NCBI GenBank assembly: GCA_030141605.1
Contig: JAQGDQ010000013.1
Coordinates: forward strand, 634,447-698,446
Reading direction: 5' to 3'
Length of the DNA: 64,000 bases
Origin: Tubiluchus corallicola
Taxonomy: Eukaryota; Animalia; Priapulida
In this document: one piece after another, positions 54,099-64,000 of the stretch
Numbering within the stretch: position 1 is the first letter of the stretch
Layout of the letters: each line of letters starts with the position of its first letter
The notes under the pieces: generated by a model
Databases searched by the model: none
Told to the model about the DNA's origin: nothing
Seen by the model: only the letters and a program-made list of their open reading frames with translations
Made by a program: the position numbers and the translations under genes

Positions 54099-55705
54099 GT
54101 GCTCAAGTGCTAGTAAAAACAATAAATTTTCTGTCCTAATCATTTGTATAGAAAAGTTAATTACATAATAAAGCATTAATTTTTCTTTATTAACAACATT
54201 AACAATGTTTCTTCTAACAAGATTAGTGCTGTTCATGTTACACTACTAAAGTGCAGCAGCATAGTTCACTTAAAATGATTGCCAGTCAAAAAATCAATGT
54301 TCCCTAATCCGGAAGAAACAATACACATCCAGGCAAACATCTAACCAAACTTTTAACTACCTACGATATTTACAAATTCACAGTAAATTATACTTAAACT
54401 TGTTATATACAACAAAAAGTTTACATTTGTATAACATTTAAACAAAATGACAGCAGCTGCTACTGTTTGACCACGTGTGTATTTCTCTGAAGAGGAAAAC
54501 TTAGTCAGATAAATAGCTAAATTACCGCGGTTCATCACAGCCAATGAAACATGTAACGATTCAGCTTTTCATTCTTAGTTTGATGATTAGAAATCTTCAA
54601 TGATAACAACATTAAACGCCCTCTGTAAATCACATTTACAATGATTATACGTGATTGAAAGAACAACAGAATTCCTCATAATGCTTCGTTCTTTTAAATT
54701 TTGTAGGCCATAAAGGTTATGTATATTGTGAGACTACAAGCTGCTCTGCCACACCACCAAGTGGACACTTTGTAAACTAATCTAAAGTGCTCAACTTTGT
54801 TGAAACAAATTGAATTCTACTACTTAATATTTAAATAACAAAAATTAATCTAAATTTTATTCGATATTAATTATTTACGTGTAATTTTTCCCTGTAACCT
54901 GCTAATGCATTCGACAATATTGCACACAGTAAAATCCCGACTTATAACGAAACTCTCAATAGTACGATGATTTTATTATGTCCCTGACAAGCTTATAATA
55001 AAAACTTATGTTTATTAATAAAACGTATGGTTATTACGAAAACCTCACTTTGTTCGACATTTTCCTATAAAGAAAATATTTGTTTCATATAAAGAAACAC
55101 TGTAATACGATTTGCGCTGTGGTCCGCCCCGTCTAGAGTTGCGCCGGAGACTATAGCCTAGTTGATCGTTTTATGCGTTACGTATTATGATGTAAATCAA
55201 GTACATACAACAATATTGTTGATTTAATTAGTCACCAGCATGCTACACATGAGCAGTCAAATTGTTGATGCCATTATAGTTTGAATCAAATGTATTTATT
55301 ACCGCCTGTCTTTCCATCAGTATTGTACAGGTATCCAATTATACTACCAAAGCAGCAAAAAAGCAACGTGCCATAGACTGTCAAGCAGCGCTAAACTTCT
55401 TGCTAACAGGCTTGCTTCTAAGCTGACTGGCAACATGTTCATGTAGTTTGTACTTATGGGAAACCGGAAGTTAAACATGCTGAAAAATTATGTTCACTGA
55501 TGAAAAGAAAATGGTGTAGACACTGCATGCATCATACAATTGCTACTTTACATTAGAAAATAACATATTAGTAATTAGCAATTAATATGCATAATAGACA
55601 GTGTGAAACAGGCTTACTACGAAAAAAATATTTTAGTCCTTTGAAAAATCGTATTACCAGGATTTGACCATATTATTTCCCCGTATAGTAGTCTATATAA
55701 AGTAA

Positions 55706-56793
55706 TCAAGTTGCATCTGGAGTTTCTTCACTGGTATTCGTAGCTTCTTCTAATAACTCTTTTCTAGCATTTTGCGAGTTCATCAACAGTTCTTTTAATC
55801 TTGCAGTCAACGAATCACTTTTTTGTTCAAGTACATCCAAATACGAATTTATCATGTCTATGGTGTCGTTCAATCCTTCGTAATCATAATCTGTCAAAAA
55901 ACAAAATAATGTTCATTAGTTGCGCAATAATAACTACAATCATTATTGTAACATGGAGAAAACAAATTAATATGGAGAAGTTTATATGATATACACGCAT
56001 GTAAGATGAATAGTCAATAGTGCAACACATCCAATTTCATAGAAATTTTAAAAGTGATGCTCAGTCTTTCTTGGTATTTTGCACAGGTGTTTATCATTTT
56101 ATGCCGCATACGTAATGGGAAATGCACACAGGAAGAAACTGTTACTGTGCATACGGAGAAAATTCGTATTGTGTGTTTGTAATTTGCAAGAATCTAAATC
56201 TTCAGCAGTGGCGGCTCGTGTATAGGTACTGTGAAACTGCAGCACACCCTGTTTCCTCTCAATATTATCGATAATATTGAATATAATGTCTTTTTTCTTT
56301 AGTTCTTTCTTTATGCCATGCACACATCTAAGATAAAAGACGCTGTATGGCTGTACCGTCGCTCACACAGTTTGTTGTCAGTTGTTACGTGCTTAACAAC
56401 CATGTATCGACACTATCTTCTTACACTGTGGCAATTTAGGCTATTCGTAAGCAAAAAAATTTTCAGTTTAAAATTTTACCAAGTTTATGTATAAATTTTC
56501 ATATGTTTGTTTTGTTTTATAAAGCATTAAAACAATGGCTAAAAAATTTTGTAAAGCAGCGCAGCACTCCCACTAATTTTAATTATGAACCCCCATAGAT
56601 CTTCAGTAAAACTAAAAACAGCTTCAGCAAAGAGGAGCAGTTAGAATAACCCACATTCCTCGAAACTAATTTATAAACAGCAAAACAAACCTTGATCGGG
56701 TTCGTTAGTTTTATCCAAATCTTCCGGTTCGGTACCGGAGCAATCTTCGCTTTCGCTTGAACTGCTCTTCAAATCATTTACGGAGGCATCCAT
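55706..56793 (-). CDS. BBLN: Bublin coiled-coil protein (UPF0184/C9orf16), ~95 aa
   Basis: Exons 56793-56691 (acidic N-terminus) and 55890-55706 (YEGLNDTIDMINSYLDVLEQKSDSLTARLKELL), matching the UPF0184 pattern IN..LD.IN..LD.LE.K.D.L...L.ELL. Confidence 0.88.
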
Positions 56794-57179
56794 TGCACCA
56801 TCAACCACCTGCAGCAATACATGCATGTTACCATACCTTAGCATAAGTTAATACAACCACATAGTGTGTGGAAACAATGGCAGTATGATAGGCGAAATAA
56901 CCTACAATCAGTTTTATCAGAGATTTGACATTTAACCAGTTACTTGCAACTAAGCACATATCGTGACCACTCATCTATATCTTGCACAAATCGAAATGGC
57001 AGTTACAAGCTGTTTTTCAGTAAATTTTGTGTTATATTGATATGGTTAATAATGTTTTAACGAGTGAATTAATGATCAGCCTAAAGTCTCATGGACTAAC
57101 AACACGGCTGTGGAGATGATAAATGGTATAGTACATGTATCATTTTCAACTATTAAGCTTGATCACTGGTATTACTTTG

Positions 57180-58220
57180 TCTTGTGAACTCAATCAAATG
57201 AACTCGAGGAAATTCAACTTGATGCAGCAAGAATAATAACTGATGCTATTCGTGGTACCGGTCATCATCATTTGTACAATGAGTTAGGATTGCTTCCTGT
57301 ATGCAACAGACACACGTGATATAAACTTATGCAATTATATAAAATGTCCGGGAGTCTAGCTCCTTCATACCTAGGAAATTTGTTACCACCCAAAGTAGGA
57401 ACGATCACAGGGAATCATGCACTTTGCAACAGTGACCAATTTCACAATTTACTTTTAGACCAGACGGTTTAGTCTAGTGGTAATGCATCTGCTTTCCGTC
57501 TGGGAAGTGAGTTCGAACCAGCGGTCGGGTCATACCAAAGACTTTAAAAATGGTACCTGCTTTGTCCTGCCTGACGCGTGGTATTTAGGGTAAAAGTAGG
57601 GTAGTAATAGTCTCTGTTATGTAGTTGTAGGTTGTTATTTACAGTCGCAGATAACAGCTCTTTGAGCTAATGTTAATTGTTGACCCAAAAGCCGACTTTA
57701 AATAAAGATTATTATTACTATTATTATTATGAATATCACAGAACAAATGTTTGCAACAGCTGTTTTATAAGTGTGATAACCCAAGCCTGGAACAATTTGC
57801 CCTACGATATTAGAAATGCCCCTTTGCTTACTAAATTTAAACATATACTGGACAACTTAGATGAGTTTAAAGTTAATAAGCCACCACATAATTTTGCTTC
57901 TGGTGCTAGGTTCGGGCAGGTTCATATGGTACAGGTAAAAATGAATTGCACTTTACCGAAAGCACACGTGTAATCTATAATTTCATTGCCTCTTCTCCAC
58001 GGTGCTCTTGTGACCCTCTATATAAAGGTCCCAACCAATTTCTTCTGCAACCTTACTTTACTGACAAATCCATACACTCAGTAAATCTATCCAATAAATG
58101 CACTCATTCGGAAGAATATCCAAATATTAATATGTAGGGATATCTCGCTTTCTCGTTGTGCTAACAGTGCTACAGTATCTGCCGTCATTTCGTTTATTAT
58201 ACTAAGTGGACGCTTTAATT
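57180..58220 (+). mobile_element. CR1/L2-type LINE 3' remnant interrupted by a SINE
   Basis: ELEEIQLDAARIIT...LYNELGL before the SINE and RTNV..S.F....AWNNLP after it. Confidence 0.7.
57458..57730 (+). mobile_element. tRNA-derived SINE (Meta-core-like)
   Basis: A box tagtctagtgg, B box gttcgaacc, core gtcataccaaagactttaaaaatggtac, AATAAA and (ATT)n tail; second copy at 50918-51184. Confidence 0.85.
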
Positions 58221-58432
58221 AAAATTAAACCTACGGTACATTAAAATCTCCGAATTCTACCTAACAGAGCAAATTATTTATACTCTTGGCTTCCATTCCC
58301 GTGATCCAAACACTTGGTTCATATTTCTTTCATTACGTTCGTCATTGATCGCTCATTCTATTTTATTTTTAGTACTAGTTTTGCATCAACATCAAGCACA
58401 CCAACTTGTCCCACCCTTTTGCACATTTGGGC

Positions 58433-58540
58433 GGCCCAGTTTCACAAAGCCATCACTAACTTAACGACGTCGTTATTAATAGCTAAGTGAATGTAATAAC
58501 AACGTCCTTAACTTAGTGACGACTTTGTGAAACCTGCCCC
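58433..58540. mobile_element. ~108-bp palindromic mini-MITE
   Basis: ggcccagtttcacaaag..tcactaacttaa / ttaacttagtgacgactttgtgaaacctgccc form a long hairpin. Confidence 0.65.
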
Positions 58541-61500
58541 TGTTATTCAACAAAGAAACAAGTTGAACAACTTTCTCAACGTTGTTCTTACCTACACCAT
58601 AGAATAACTAACAGTCTTTGTAATCGTGTGCCTGTGGAACGTGATGTGTCTACTGTCTGAAAGGCTTTTATACGGGTTATACCCGTTTGCCAATTAGCGT
58701 TTGATTAATTGCAAATCGCACTTACAAGTGCACGTATTGATTGTAGTGTTTCTTGTCAAACACAGACATCATGTCAAATAAAAATATTGTTTAAAAATGG
58801 GCGCCATCACAACAACTTTCATGTAGCTGTAATTACATACTAATATAAAGCTAAAAGTGTTACTGTAATTAAAAAAATGTTACTTTTTAATGACTTACTT
58901 TTTATTTTGAGTACACGAGTGACACTACTGTTATTTGTAAAATTACATCGTCGCGCCATCTGTTAGAACGCTTAACAGTTGCCTTGAAAGACAAGATCTA
59001 TGGTTGTAATTACTAGGAGTTTCCGCCAATACATGTTTTTAACCCTGTTGTATTTTTTGCAAGTTTGTAGTGTTGCACTGTTGGGATTAATTATTACACT
59101 CATAGAAATCCACATCTTTCCACAAAGTAGTTGTCAATTAAGGAATGAAACTTTACTATGGTAGGTATGTAAGTGTATAATTCTCTGATAATCTGATGAT
59201 TATCCCAACTTGTCTGAGCAGGGCCGAGCAATTTCTCACAGTAATAATAATTGAAGATAAAAAACAATTGATTTATAATTTACGTGAAAAATATTACGCT
59301 CAGCAGAAAATGTGAAAAAATTAAACTTTGTAGGTAGTGATTTCTGATTGCAGCACACGTTGAGGACACTCCTGTGCAACAGTGCATTTTCATCAAGACA
59401 TCATTGGAAGCGAGTTATTTCTTTATTCCTCAACTTGGTGCTTCATGTCATAGCAGCAAGATGACAAGTGACGTATCACATTAACAACAAAAGTGTTAAA
59501 GCAAACCAAAAAACTTTTGTACACTAAAAAGCTATCTGGTTAGTGTAGTTTAGCATAGTGTCACAATTGGAGGTCCTTTCTTACCCTCTCCCAAGAATGA
59601 TTTTTTAGGTATTTATTTCTGGCAATTTCTCTTACTGCATTTAAAAACAATTTTTTGTTTAGGCAGTTTTCTGCAGGCCCTAAAATGGTAGTAGGTGTAA
59701 TGCAAATCAAACCACTAAGTAACATTTTTATTGGGATGCTATGTGCTTCGGTTACAGAGTTTTTCATTAAACAATTGTTTACCTTACATATAAAAATACT
59801 TGGTAATTATTATTACAGTTTTATGTACTAATCATCTAATGGTCTTATAAATTAGAATAATTTTTATGAACTGCTTTAATTACACATAACTTCCATACAT
59901 ATGTAACTGTACAACTCATGGAATGTGAATAATATTATAACACTTTCCTTTTTCCACTTTTGTATTGGCAAAGATAAAATTAATGAGTTTGAATATGCCC
60001 CATTTAAGATGTCTTCCAAATGTAATGACATAGTTTACATCTTTTTTATTTTTAGTTACTCTTAAAAGTTTATAAAGAAATTTTGGTTTGTGAAATCTGA
60101 GAAAAAAAATATAAAGAAAAAATTCAGAAACTTTATGTCTTTTAAAGCATATACAAGTATTATACCAGTGTGCAAGAAAAGTGACAAGAAACTATAGAGC
60201 AAATATATACAAAATGCTTCATTAACCATTCCAAAAGGCCATGTCATTTACATTTGTGTTATAACAAGTATTTCTAGTTCTAGTGCCAGTTTAAATGATT
60301 TGCTGCACTGAAATTACATCTACTTTACATCATAAATACCTTCTACTACATACAGAACATCTGTGTAAAATAACAACAAACAATTACTTGTGTAGTTCAC
60401 AATAATTCAATGTATAAAGAATTGTAGAAGTCTTAGATTAGTAGTCTTGCAAAGCTGTAAGCACAAAACAAAATATGCATGTGAAAGTAACAATTACACT
60501 CATAGAAATGTATGATACATATCTAAAAAAGTTTAAAACAATCTTTATACTTAAAAAATTTAATTACAACAACTTTGTTTGTAACGATGAAATTTAGTCT
60601 TTCGATAACTTCAATGTGTCACCATCACCACGGCTACTAATCATTAGCCGATTAATATCATCAAATTTAAGAATTGACAAAAAACTGTAACACATAGTGA
60701 GTCATGCCAAAATAAGCACTTTGGCAATGTATTTACAATGGTCCAAGTCTGTGAAAGTCTCCAGACAATTTACACAATTTGGTGAAAAACTAAATTCATT
60801 CTTCCATGTTATGCACTGCTGGACACACTCTCAACTGGAAATGCATGTACAAAATTTGATGAATGCATGAAGACAAGCTGAAACATATAACATACAACTA
60901 TTTGTGCTTAGTCACTCTTGAAATGTCACAATTGAGTTTGCTTTCAGTCACTTCCAAAAACAAGAATAATGCGAGATTTGCCAAGTCATCGATGTAATTG
61001 TTGTTATGGTGAAATGCTTCACTACCAACAGTCCATGTTGCTGTTAGCTTTCGTAATGCCTAACATAATGTGAACTTTGTTCCCCGATCCACCAAGATTT
61101 AATGCACAGTCAAGTTAAGAACTCCTGAGTTATAAATTTACCTGTAATGCGAAATAAATAAAAATTTATTAGCAAAACAATAAAACCTAGTCTAAAATAA
61201 GCTTATGTAAAATTTTTATTTTTTGTATGAGTCTAAATGTCTCTTCTTAATAGCAGATTATGTAATAATATCGAAACCAAAAACAAAATAGTTTAACGTG
61301 TTAATATGCTACTATATGTTTAACATATTAATACCAATAAAATCATAAATGTGAAACTGCAAAAATAGTTCAATGCTCTACAAGTTACAATTTAACAATT
61401 GAAAGGGTTGCTTAATATAGGTGACTGTGGCAATACCAAAATCTAGCTCATTACTGTATCAAGGCTAATCCCCTAAGATAAGATGGCAAATTGTCAGGGA

Positions 61501-61926
61501 AGCCTTTGCCATTTTCGGATGTGAACAAATCTTCCTTGAAGAAGGAAAGCAGCCAGAATCAATATATGGTAATTGAAACTTCCAAAAGCCAGTATAGAAC
61601 CTGGGTGTTACCCACTATACGACAACATTATTTTGTAAGTCATCATTATTAACACAGAAAAGTTGTAAAAGCAGAGCTCTGAAGAGAACTTAGAATGACA
61701 TTTTTTAACAGCTTACATTTGCCATATTTGCCACATTCAAATGCTTTCAAGCAAATACAGACATGTACTTTAAACGAGCGTGAAGAGACCCTGCCTCGTG
61801 AGTGTTTAGACACACAAAATTTAAATACTTTCCTGCTTAAAATGTGCAGGTCTTATTGCCAAAAAGTCTCATTGGAAAAAGAAAAGGTACTTACACATTG
61901 TGCTTGATGCATGGAAGAATACAAAC

Positions 61927-64000
61927 TCAGGTGAAAGCACTGCTATGACGATCGTCTCGTCGTCGCTTCACTTCCGTGCTTTGATGGTCGTCTGATGAAT
62001 GATCTCTCTTTCGCTCATGACCGTGACTTTGTTTTTCGCGATCCTTGCTTACGGAGCTGCTCTTGTGAGGTTTTGCTGAATCAGGAGAATCTGTTTTACG
62101 TTTATGTTCCTTATCTACTGCATGTCCTCCCTTTGGCTCTCGTTCATGCGATTTCTTACTTGTGCGACCAGAGCTTTTCTCACTGATTTTCTCACTCGCT
62201 ACTTTGTGAGAATTTTCTTTGTGTCTTGATTCTTTCTCGGCTGGTCTGTCTTTCTCCTTTGAATTTGATTTTGAGTCTCGCTTAGAACGATCCTTTTCTT
62301 TTCTACTTTCATCTTTTCTTGACTTTCCTGAACCATTCTTCGAAGGCTTACCTGAAGCAGCAATTGAAGGGGTCTTTCCTGAAGTAGTCGACACAGACTT
62401 TCCAGAAGAATTACTAACAGGCTTGGTTGATGAAGCACCAGAAACAGATTTTCCAGATGTGTTGAGAACATCTGCTGGTTCTTTTTTTACTGGTACAGGA
62501 AGTGCATTTGTAGAAACATCTTTATTTTCTCCAGTATGGTTTATCATGGTTGAATCGAGTTCTGCATTAGATACCACAGATTTCTGTTCAACGTTAGTTT
62601 CATTCTTTTTCGCTGTTGTCTTTGTACCTTCACCTTTTCCACCGGTTTTTGTCGATTTTGAATGTGCTTCCTTGAGATGAAATCCAGTTTCCAGAATGAA
62701 TGTTGGGCTCTTCATCTTTAGTTTGCCACAATAACTGGTAGCCAAAGCATACAAGTCAGGTCTTTTCTCTTTCTCAGATGCTCGCAATCTCTCAACACGT
62801 CTTTCCAAAGCCTGGGCCAAGTTTATGACACGAGGATAATGAGGCAAAACTTTGGTCATGATTATCAGCGCATTACGAATTTGGACGTAGTCGCCAGATT
62901 CCAAACATATAACCAAGGCTTTTGTTATCTTAAAATGCCATTTATGCACAACGTGTCTATAGTTCTCATAATCCAAGCGATCATGCTTACCATCCATTCC
63001 CAATCCTGCTGTTCGAAAGACAGTTACAAAACCAGGATGGCTTGTACATTCCTTATCGAAGATCTCCTTGTTGCTATGCCACCGCATAACCACTTCCAAC
63101 ATAGCTGTGAGAAAACGGCCATAGCGATTGGCTTCATTTTCAGTACATGCTGCTATGGTGTATGTGATATCACAAAATATACGATCGTAACAGATGAGTG
63201 TAGAAAAGTTTGGTGTTTTCAATGTATGTATCGTCTGAATGAATTTAGCACAGTACATTGCATCAACAGCAGTGTAACAACAGCGAGGAAATATGCAAAG
63301 CTGCAAGAACTGTGTAATCATCTCATTTCTTGTTGTTTTAGGATAAAACCAGGAGTCCCTATCAGCCTTCAACCTTTGCATCACTCGAGAAACATGGTCA
63401 TTTTGCTTTTTTTGTTCATCATTAAGTTTATCAATTAGTGCAGTGTAACGTTCCTTTTCTTTCTTTTTCTTAATCTGGCCCATATCTTTATTTTCTTCTA
63501 CAGCAAGAACAGCAGCTTTCATCTTTTTAATTTCCCTTTCGTATGCTGCAGCGGGTACATGCAGATCATACATTGACAAAGACCAAAATGTTACATAAAA
63601 CTGTGGGCTAAAGTCATCCCATATTTTGGCAGGTTGAAGTGGCCGAACAGATTCAATTACAGGAGTCATGACCTGTTCAACGGATTTCAAGTACCGTTGA
63701 GTCTTCAACTGGGACTGTGATTCTTTGTCTTTCTCACGATCCCGCGATTTTCGATCCTGTTTTTTGTATCCGTCATAAAGTTGAGCAATATTGTGAACGT
63801 AAGCTCCTCTAGACAAACTGAAGCCGGCTTCAGCAGATATGTGATACTCAGTAATTAACTCGTCAAAGCATGGCAGCATCTTTGAATAGTCTTCACTACT
63901 TAACTGATTTGATAAGAAGCTAACATACTGTACCAACGTGTCTTGGCACTGGTCATAGAGCTTACCAATAAGTTTCAAGTGTCTAACAAGAGAACCTTCT
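61927..64000 (-). CDS. THOC2: THO complex subunit 2, C-terminal part (runs off window end)
   Basis: LKLIGKLYDQCQDTLVQY, SPQFYVTFWSLSMYDL, FLQLCIFPRC, TPNFSTLICYDRIF, TENEANRYGRFL, LDYENYRHVVHKWH, IRNALI and a Lys/Glu/Ser-rich tail; frame open to the window edge. Confidence 0.96.
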   Translation of the reverse strand, partial: EGSLVRHLKLIGKLYDQCQDTLVQYVSFLSNQLSSEDYSKMLPCFDELITEYHISAEAGFSLSRGAYVHNIAQLYDGYKKQDRKSRDREKDKESQSQLKTQRYLKSVEQVMTPVIESVRPLQPAKIWDDFSPQFYVTFWSLSMYDLHVPAAAYEREIKKMKAAVLAVEENKDMGQIKKKKEKERYTALIDKLNDEQKKQNDHVSRVMQRLKADRDSWFYPKTTRNEMITQFLQLCIFPRCCYTAVDAMYCAKFIQTIHTLKTPNFSTLICYDRIFCDITYTIAACTENEANRYGRFLTAMLEVVMRWHSNKEIFDKECTSHPGFVTVFRTAGLGMDGKHDRLDYENYRHVVHKWHFKITKALVICLESGDYVQIRNALIIMTKVLPHYPRVINLAQALERRVERLRASEKEKRPDLYALATSYCGKLKMKSPTFILETGFHLKEAHSKSTKTGGKGEGTKTTAKKNETNVEQKSVVSNAELDSTMINHTGENKDVSTNALPVPVKKEPADVLNTSGKSVSGASSTKPVSNSSGKSVSTTSGKTPSIAASGKPSKNGSGKSRKDESRKEKDRSKRDSKSNSKEKDRPAEKESRHKENSHKVASEKISEKSSGRTSKKSHEREPKGGHAVDKEHKRKTDSPDSAKPHKSSSVSKDREKQSHGHERKRDHSSDDHQSTEVKRRRDDRHSSAFT

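Noticed and set aside
57458-57535. Functional tRNA gene (also 44825-44895 and 24112-24129)
   Set aside because: A/B boxes belong to SINE heads lacking a full cloverleaf; 24112-24129 is only the 18-nt primer-binding site.
62219-63438. Plus-strand ORFs of 153 and 199 aa
   Set aside because: Antisense shadows of the THOC2 coding exon, with no recognisable motifs.

Overview
AT-rich, intron-containing animal (invertebrate-like) genomic DNA; nothing prokaryotic, no CRISPR or rRNA. Hand-spliced gene models: the 3' part of a TTLL4-like tubulin glutamylase (+, 2783-6296); AIMP2 (-, 18171-12451), whose last exon lies in a 1.19-kb tandem duplication; a UPF0449/C19orf25 homologue (+, 22061-26674) with a 2.55-kb non-autonomous LTR element in its intron; intronless TP53RK/Bud32 starting only 57 nt after the C19orf25 stop; 16-exon ANAPC2 (+, 28211-48704); an unrecognised ~240-aa six-exon coiled-coil gene (+, ~50226-54098) that the ORF track misses; BBLN/C9orf16 (-, 56793-55706); and the 3' end of THOC2 (-), a >2-kb uninterrupted exon. 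Introns are full of MITEs, LINE remnants, tRNA-derived SINEs and minisatellites. Most notable: (1) a tandem array of the ANAPC2 exon-9 splice acceptor, with five in-frame acceptors of which three read AG|GT like recursive-splicing ratchet points; (2) a probable C19orf25-TP53RK bicistron or operon with a possible in-frame fusion splice; (3) twin intact AIMP2 terminal exons; (4) the orphan gene; (5) an LTR pair divergent only at the U5 end. Family assignments come from recalled motif similarity, not from database searches.
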